Shown here: piece by piece, positions 57,758 to 64,000 of the stretch
How positions within the stretch are numbered: position 1 is the first letter of the stretch
Layout: each line of letters begins with the position of its first letter
Assembly: GCA_002269645.1 (NCBI GenBank)
Contig: NIVC01003313.1
Location: 40,496-104,495, forward strand
DNA from: Macrostomum lignano
Lineage: Eukaryota
DNA length: 64,000 nucleotides
Direction: 5' to 3'
Notes under the pieces: model-generated
The model's input: the letters and a program-made list of their open reading frames with translations, nothing else
Databases searched by the model: none
Told to the model about the DNA's origin: nothing
Program-made: the position numbers and the translations under genes

Positions 57758-58297
57758 ATGTCCAGCGGAGCGGATTTCGCTTGGCCAGCCGTATTTGAAT
57801 TCCCGCCATTTTTCACGCTGCAACCAAACGCTGAGACGCGACGCAAACAGCTGGACCAATGGTGCAGCCTCATTCTGGCGTATTGCAAGCACAGACAGCT
57901 GCACACTTTGGACATTAACGAAGCCCTGGCCTCCAGTCCGCTGTTTCACAATAAACGAATCAATCGGCGAATCAATCGCCCATTTCTCGATGCTATTCTG
58001 GCCGATTTGAAATTGCGCGGCAATTTAGAATGGCTCGATCGAGATAAGAAAAGCTGTAAAATAGTCTGGCGAACAACTGAACAGTGGGCGGCGTTGGTTT
58101 ATAGTTACGCTAAAGATCGAGGCCTTGTGAACACCGTTTGTACTCTGTACGAGCTCACTGATGGAGATGACAGTGCCGATCAACCGTTTCACGGATTGGA
58201 TAAGGACGTTTTGCTGTTGGCATTGAAGCATCTTGAAAAGAATGGCCAAGCCGCCATTCTGATGTTTGACAGTCACGAAGGTGTTAAGTTTCTGTGA
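57758..58297 (+). CDS. VPS25: ESCRT-II subunit VPS25 (EAP20), 179 aa, no intron in the CDS
   Basis: F.WP..FEFPPFFTLQPNAETRRKQLDQWCSLIL.YC, PLFHN..INR, IVWRT..QWA..VY, NTVCTLYELT.GDD...QPFHGLD..LL.ALK.LE..G.A...GVKF. Confidence 0.97.
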   Translation: MSSGADFAWPAVFEFPPFFTLQPNAETRRKQLDQWCSLILAYCKHRQLHTLDINEALASSPLFHNKRINRRINRPFLDAILADLKLRGNLEWLDRDKKSCKIVWRTTEQWAALVYSYAKDRGLVNTVCTLYELTDGDDSADQPFHGLDKDVLLLALKHLEKNGQAAILMFDSHEGVKFL

Positions 58298-58371
58298 CAG
58301 AGTTATTTTGTCGTCTCTTTAAATTTGTTATCATTGATTAGCTCTATCTAAGAATTATTGAGGAGGTAGAG

Positions 58372-58860
58372 GCTGAATATCCCATCTGAGGGCCTGAAGT
58401 GGAGGGTGAAATATCCCAATCTGAGGGCCTGAAGTGGAGGGTGAATATCCCAATCTGAGGGCCTGAAGTGGGGTGAATATCCCAATCTGAGGGCCTGAAG
58501 TGGAGGGTGAATATCCATCTGAGGGCCTGAAGTGGAGGGTGAATATCCCATCTGAGGCCTGAAGTGGAGGGTGAATATCCCAATCTGAGGGCCTGAAGTA
58601 AAGGGTGAATATTCCGATCTGAGGGCCTGAAGTAAAGGGTGAATATTCCGATCTGAGGGCCTGAAGTAAAGGGTGAATATTCCGATCTGAGGGCCTGAAG
58701 TAAAGGGTGAATCCCAATCTGAGGGCCTGAAACGAGGCTGAATATCCCAATCTGAGGGCCTGAAGTAGAGCCTGAATCTCCCAATCTGAGGGCCTGAAGC
58801 AGAGGGTGAATATTCCCCAATCTGAGGGCCTGAAGTAGAGCCTGAATAATTCCCAATCTA
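58372..58860. repeat. 33-34-bp minisatellite downstream of VPS25
   Basis: Unit GAATATCCCAATCTGAGGGCCTGAAGTGGAGGGT. Confidence 0.95.
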
Positions 58861-59464
58861 ACGGCGCATCTGGGCTACATGTAGAATAAGATGTTCAATT
58901 ATTCTCGCGGTTTAGAATTCAGTGCAAACAAAAGCACGGAAGCTGGGTGCAGTTAATTTTCCTGCGGATCTTATTTGTCTAGATCCCAATCCATTATTTA
59001 CTCGCTTCAAGTTTGCTTTTGGCAAATAAAGTGTTTTCTATCTGAGACAGTCTTTGCACTTTTATAGTGTACCAACGAGGAGACAGGTTTAAAAGCTTCA
59101 ATATGCAAGATTTCATAACTAACATCGTCCTACAAGTGACCAGTTGTTAAATGCCCAAAAATTGAGTGTTGTTCAGTCTATCTAAATTTCTATATTCGTA
59201 CCCGTATAGACATAATTTTATAATACAAACAATAAACTCGTTATTAAAGCGCATAGACTTTTGCGCATATTGCATGATCTATAAATCGTATTTGTGTCTG
59301 TCTGTCTTGCTAATTACACAATTTGAAAAGAACACCCAAAATTACAGGCATCAAGTTTACACCAATATCAGATAAAGCAAAATCTTTTTTAATTAATGAG
59401 CATTTGAGCTGCGGCTTCTGTCCAATTTCTTCTGATGTACATTCACTCGCAATCAACCCCTTCC

Positions 59465-60190
59465 CCGCGATGTACACACTAAGCAGTTAAAAATTAACCC
59501 CTACCCTGATGTACACACTGCATTTAAAAATCAACTCCTGTCCCCAATGCACACTATATACAGTTAAAAATCAACATATGCCCCAATGTACACTCTATGC
59601 AGTTAAAAGTCAACCCCTGCCCCGTTGTACAGTCTATGCAGTTAAAAGTCAACCCCTGCCCCGTTGTACAGTCTATGCAGTTAAAAGTCAAACCCTGCCC
59701 TGTTGTACACTCCATGCAGTTAAAAGTCAAACCCTGCCCCGTTGTACACTCTATGCAGTTAAAAGTCAACCCCTGCCCCGTTGTACACTCCATGCAGTTA
59801 AAAGTCAACCCCTGCCCCGTTGTACACTCTATGCGGTTAAAAGTCAAACCCTGCCCCGTTGTACACTCTATGCAGTTAAAAGTCAAACCCTGCCCCGTTG
59901 TACAGTCTATGCAGTTAAAAGTCAACCCCTGCCCCGTTGTACACTCCATGCAGTTAAAAGTCAACCCCTGCCCCGTTGTACACTCTATGCGGTTAAAAGT
60001 CAAACCCTGCCCCGTTGTACACTCTATGCAGTTAAAAGTCAACCCCTGCCCCGTTGTACACTCTATGCGGTTAAAAGTCAAACCCTGCCCCGTTGTACAC
60101 TCTATGCAGTTAAAAATCAACCCCTGCCTCGATGTACATTTACACTCTTTGCAGTTAAAAAGCAACCCCTGCCCCAAATGTACACTATGC
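59465..60190. repeat. 39-bp minisatellite
   Basis: Unit TGTACACTCTATGCAGTTAAAAGTCAACCCCTGCCCCGT. Confidence 0.95.
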
Positions 60191-60654
60191 AACTATCACT
60201 AAAATTACATTTCTATCTTCGAGTTTGTGTAGCCAAGCTTCAACTCCTATTATTGCCTTTTGCTCTACCGTAGATTACAGTTTATTAAAGCTGTGTTCCT
60301 CCTTATATTGCCCAAAATAATATTTGACTTTTCACTTCTCAACGAGCGGAGAGATGAAGAGGTTGTTTAATAGCGCACTTGTCCTCAGATCAGTTGATAT
60401 GCCTGTACAGCTTCACATTTGGTTATTCTGTTTGAAATTGTTATCAGTTCGTGTTCGTAGGGCAGCCCTTGTCGAACTCTTTAACCTCAGCAGGATTGTC
60501 AGATTATTACAAATAAAATTTACTGGCTAGATTGAACTTATTCTTAGCTGGCGAATTTTGTTGCATCATCATTGCTCTTTTTTATTCGATTCCAACCTGT
60601 CTCTAAATGAATTCTGATTCCTTACGTCTCTATCTGTAATCCCACATTTCTTCC

Positions 60655-61700
60655 TGTAGTTCCATGTCTCTACCTGTAATCCCCAATCTCTCTACCTGTA
60701 ATCCCAATCTCTCTACCTGTAATCTCCAATCTCTCTACCTGTAATCCCAATCTTTCTACCTGTAATCCCAATCTCTCTACCTGTAATCTCCAATCTCTCT
60801 AATCCCCAATCTCTCTACCTGTAATCCCAATCTCTCTACCTGTAATCTCCAATCTCTCTACCTGTAATCCCAATCTTTCTACCTGTAATCCCAATCTCTC
60901 TACCTGTAATCTCCAATCTCTCTAATCCCCAATCTCTCTACCTGTAATCCCAATCTCTCTACCTGTAATCCCCAATCTCTCTACCTGTAATCCCAATCTC
61001 TCTACCTGTAATCCCAATCTCTCTACCTGTAATCCCAATCTCTCTACCTGTAATCCCAATCTCTCTACCTGTAATCCCAATCTCTCTACCTGTAATCCCA
61101 ATCTCTCTACCTGTAATCCCAATCTCTCTAATCCCCAATCTCTCTACCTGTAATCCCAATCTCTCTACCTGTAATCCCAATCTCTCTACCTGTAATCCCC
61201 AATCTCTCTACCTGTAATCCCAATCTTTCTAAATAATAATCCCAATCTCTCTACCTGTAATCCCCAATCTCTCTACCTGTAATCCCCAATCTCTCTACCT
61301 GTAATCCCAATCTCTCTACCTATAATCCCAATCTCTCTATCTGTAATCCCAATCTCTCTACCTTTAATCCCCAATCTCTCTACCTGTAATCTTCCATCTC
61401 TCTACCTGTAATCCCAATCTCTCTACCTATAATCCCAATCTTTCTACCTGTAATCCCAATCTCTCTACCTGTAATCCCAATCTCTCTACCTGTAATCCCA
61501 ATCTCTCTACCTGTAATACCCAATCTATTTACCTGTAATCCCAATCTTTCTACCTGTAATCCCAATCTCTCTACCTGTAATCCCCAATCTCTCTACCTGT
61601 AATCCCCAATCTCTCTACCTGTAATCCCCAATCTCTCTACCTGTAATCTCTAATCCTAATCTCTACTGTAATCCCAATCTCTCTACCTGTAATCCAATAT
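60655..61700. repeat. 21-22-bp minisatellite
   Basis: Unit CTCTACCTGTAATCCCAATCT. Confidence 0.95.
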
Positions 61701-61732
61701 TGTTACCCGTAATCCCGTGTCTCTATATGTAG

Positions 61733-64000
61733 ATCAGCAAAAATTTCAGGCCAACATAGAAGACCCAGGTCCCGTGTTTCACCTCAACCAGGAGCGAATC
61801 AAGGACCTGTCGCAGTTGCTAGCGCAGCTCTCAGAGTCCGACAAATTGGCTGGCAATGCCAAGCTCTACTTGAAAGGCTGCTGCATGGAGACTCTGGTGG
61901 GAGCTTGTTTTGTTGTGCATGTATTAGAGAGCTTGAAAGTAGCTGAGTGAGGGGCAGGGAGTAGCTGAGTGAGGGGCAGGGTAGCTGGGAGTAGTGTAGA
62001 GTGAGGGGGCAGGATGTAGCTGAGTGAGGGGGCAGGGAGTAGCTGAGTGGGGGCAGGGAGTAGCTGAGTGAGGGGGCAGGGAGTAGCTGAGTGGGGGGCA
62101 GGGAGTAGCTGAGTGGGGGGCAGGAAGTAGCTGAGTGGGGCAGGGAGTAGCTGAGTGAGGGGCAGGGAGTAGCTGAGTGAGGGCAGGGAGTAGCTGAGTG
62201 GGGCAGGGAGTAGCTGAGTGGGGGCAGGGAGTAGCTGAGTGAGGGGCAGGGAGTAGCTGAGTGAGGGGCAGGGAGTAGCTGAGTGAGGGCAGGAGTAGCT
62301 GAATGAGGGGCAGAGAGTAGCTGAGTGAGGGGGCAGGGAGTAGCTGAGAGACTTAACGGGCTAATTGGCTAAAATCCAATCTGAATTTCAGGGCGATCTA
62401 ACACCTGCCCAGCATCCGCACTGCATCAGCCTATTGCACATGCCAAACAATTTGGTAGTTAAGCTGCCAGAATCCACTTTTCTACTTTGCAATTTGACCG
62501 AGTTGAATTTATGCGGCAATCGATTGGTTGAGTTTCCAACTGTGCTATTTAGACTGGCATTGCTGTCGAAACTGAATTTGGGTCACAATGCCCTGTGCAG
62601 TCTGCCGCATATACCTGCAAATGCTTGGCCGAACTGGAAGTTCTAATGCTGTATTCTAATGGATCAGCCAGCTGCCTTCGAGCATTTGTTACCTGAAATC
62701 TTTGGTTTATTTAAGCTTGGACGCCAATCCCATTGAGAGTTTGCCAAGACAGATCTGCTATCTGCATCGGCTCAAGTCTTTGTATATATCGTCTTTGGAA
62801 CTGCTGTATCTGCCTCAGTGTGAGCCTCTGATTTTACCTGTCTGCAGTGACCATTGCCCTGTCTGCAGTGACCATTGCCCTGTCTGCAGTGACAATGCCC
62901 TGTCTGCAGTGACGATTGCCCTGTCTGCAGTGACAATTGCCCTGTCTGCAGTGACGATTGCCCTGTCTGCAGTGACAATTGCCCTGTCTGCAGTGACAAT
63001 TGCCCTGTCTGCAGTGACAATTGCTCTGTCTGCAGTGACAATTGCCCTGTCTGCAGTGACAATTGCCCTGTCTGCAGTGACATTTGCCCTGTCTGCAGTG
63101 ACAACTGCCCTGTCTGCAGTGACAATTGCCCTGTCTGCAGTGACAATTGCCCTCTCTGCAGTGACAATTGCTCTGTCTGCAGTGACAATTGCCCTCTCTG
63201 CAGTGACAATTGCTCTGTCTGCAGTGACAATTGCTCTGTCTGCAGTGACAATTGCCCTGTCTGCAGTGACAATTGCCCTGTCTGCAGTGACAATTGCCCT
63301 GTCTGCAGTGAAAATTGTCCTGTCTGCAGTGACAATTGCCCTGTCTGCAGTGACAATTGCCCTGTCTGCAGTGACGATTGCCCTGTCTGCAGTGACAATT
63401 GCTCTGTCTGCAGTGACAATTGCTCTGTCTGCAGTGACAATTGCTCTGTCTGCAGTGACAATTGCTCTGTCTGCAGTGACAATTGCTCTGTCTGCAGTGA
63501 CAATTGCTCTGTCTGCAGTGACAATTGCTCTGTCTGCAGTGACAATTGCTCTGTCTGCAGTGACAATTGCTCTATCTGCAGTGACAATTGCTCTGTCTGC
63601 AGTGACAATTGCTCTGTCTGCAGTGACAATTGCTCTGTCTGCAGTGACAATTGCTCTGTCTGCAGTGACAATTGCTCTGTCTGCAGTGACAATTGCCCTG
63701 TCTGCAGTGACAATTACCACAATACGCTTACACTGCAACAAAGAAGTTACAAGCAAACAAGCAAGACATTTTTAAAACTTTCGGTATGCTTTTTAAGACC
63801 ATTCTGTCACATTACAGTCGCATTGCTTAATCTACTACTTTTAAAGTAATAAAAATAGATTCTTTTTGTCCCTAACTAATTGCATTTTTTGTCAAACCAA
63901 CTAACAGGCCTTGGCTCCATGCGCAGCCTGCAGAACCTGTTCGCAGACAGCAACTCCCGTCTGGCTTACATCCCTGGCAGCCTGCTGCAACGCTGGGACC
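61733..64000 (+). CDS. Leucine-rich-repeat protein, partial. Exons 61733-61896, 62392-62819 (two apparent 1-nt frameshifts) and 63908 to the window end; 5' exons not located
   Basis: LxxLxLxxN repeats: LTELNLCGNRLVEFP, LSKLNLGHNALCSLP, LEVLMLYSN, LVYLSLDANPIESLP, LQNLFADSN. GT-AG junctions have compatible phases. Confidence 0.8.
61945..62350. repeat. 20-22-bp G-rich minisatellite in an LRR-gene intron
   Basis: Unit GAGTAGCTGAGTGAGGGGCAGG. Confidence 0.93.
62842..63716. repeat. 21-bp minisatellite in an LRR-gene intron
   Basis: Unit CTGCAGTGACAATTGC(C/T)CTGT. Confidence 0.96.

Overview
This is eukaryotic (animal) genomic DNA with GT-AG introns, GC-rich exons full of poly-Q/A/P/S tracts, and AT-rich introns and spacers packed with minisatellites. 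The style suggests a free-living flatworm such as Macrostomum (inference, not verified). Host genes: the first coding micro-exon of an SRRM1/SRm160-like gene (-), head-to-head with a 6-7-exon JNK gene; tRNA-Trp(CCA); p62/SQSTM1, whose UBA domain lies beyond a 1-nt frameshift; a two-exon low-complexity orphan gene; an intronless class A peptide-type GPCR; a METTL24-like gene; a disrupted secreted PAN/LamG-like gene; a 5-exon copine; VPS25; and a partial LRR gene. Mobile DNA includes hAT MITEs, a tRNA-derived SINE with a TSD, a Tc1 derivative, RTE/LINE fragments, a Crypton-type recombinase fragment and nested Harbinger/P-like elements, with a dense transposon cluster at about 36.6-44.6 kb. The best new candidate is an HDV-like self-cleaving ribozyme fold in the 5' UTR of the LINE at 40.45-40.87 kb. 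Most long ORFs in the supplied track are artefacts of tandem repeats. No CRISPR or prokaryotic system is supported. Repeat boundaries are approximate (read by eye).
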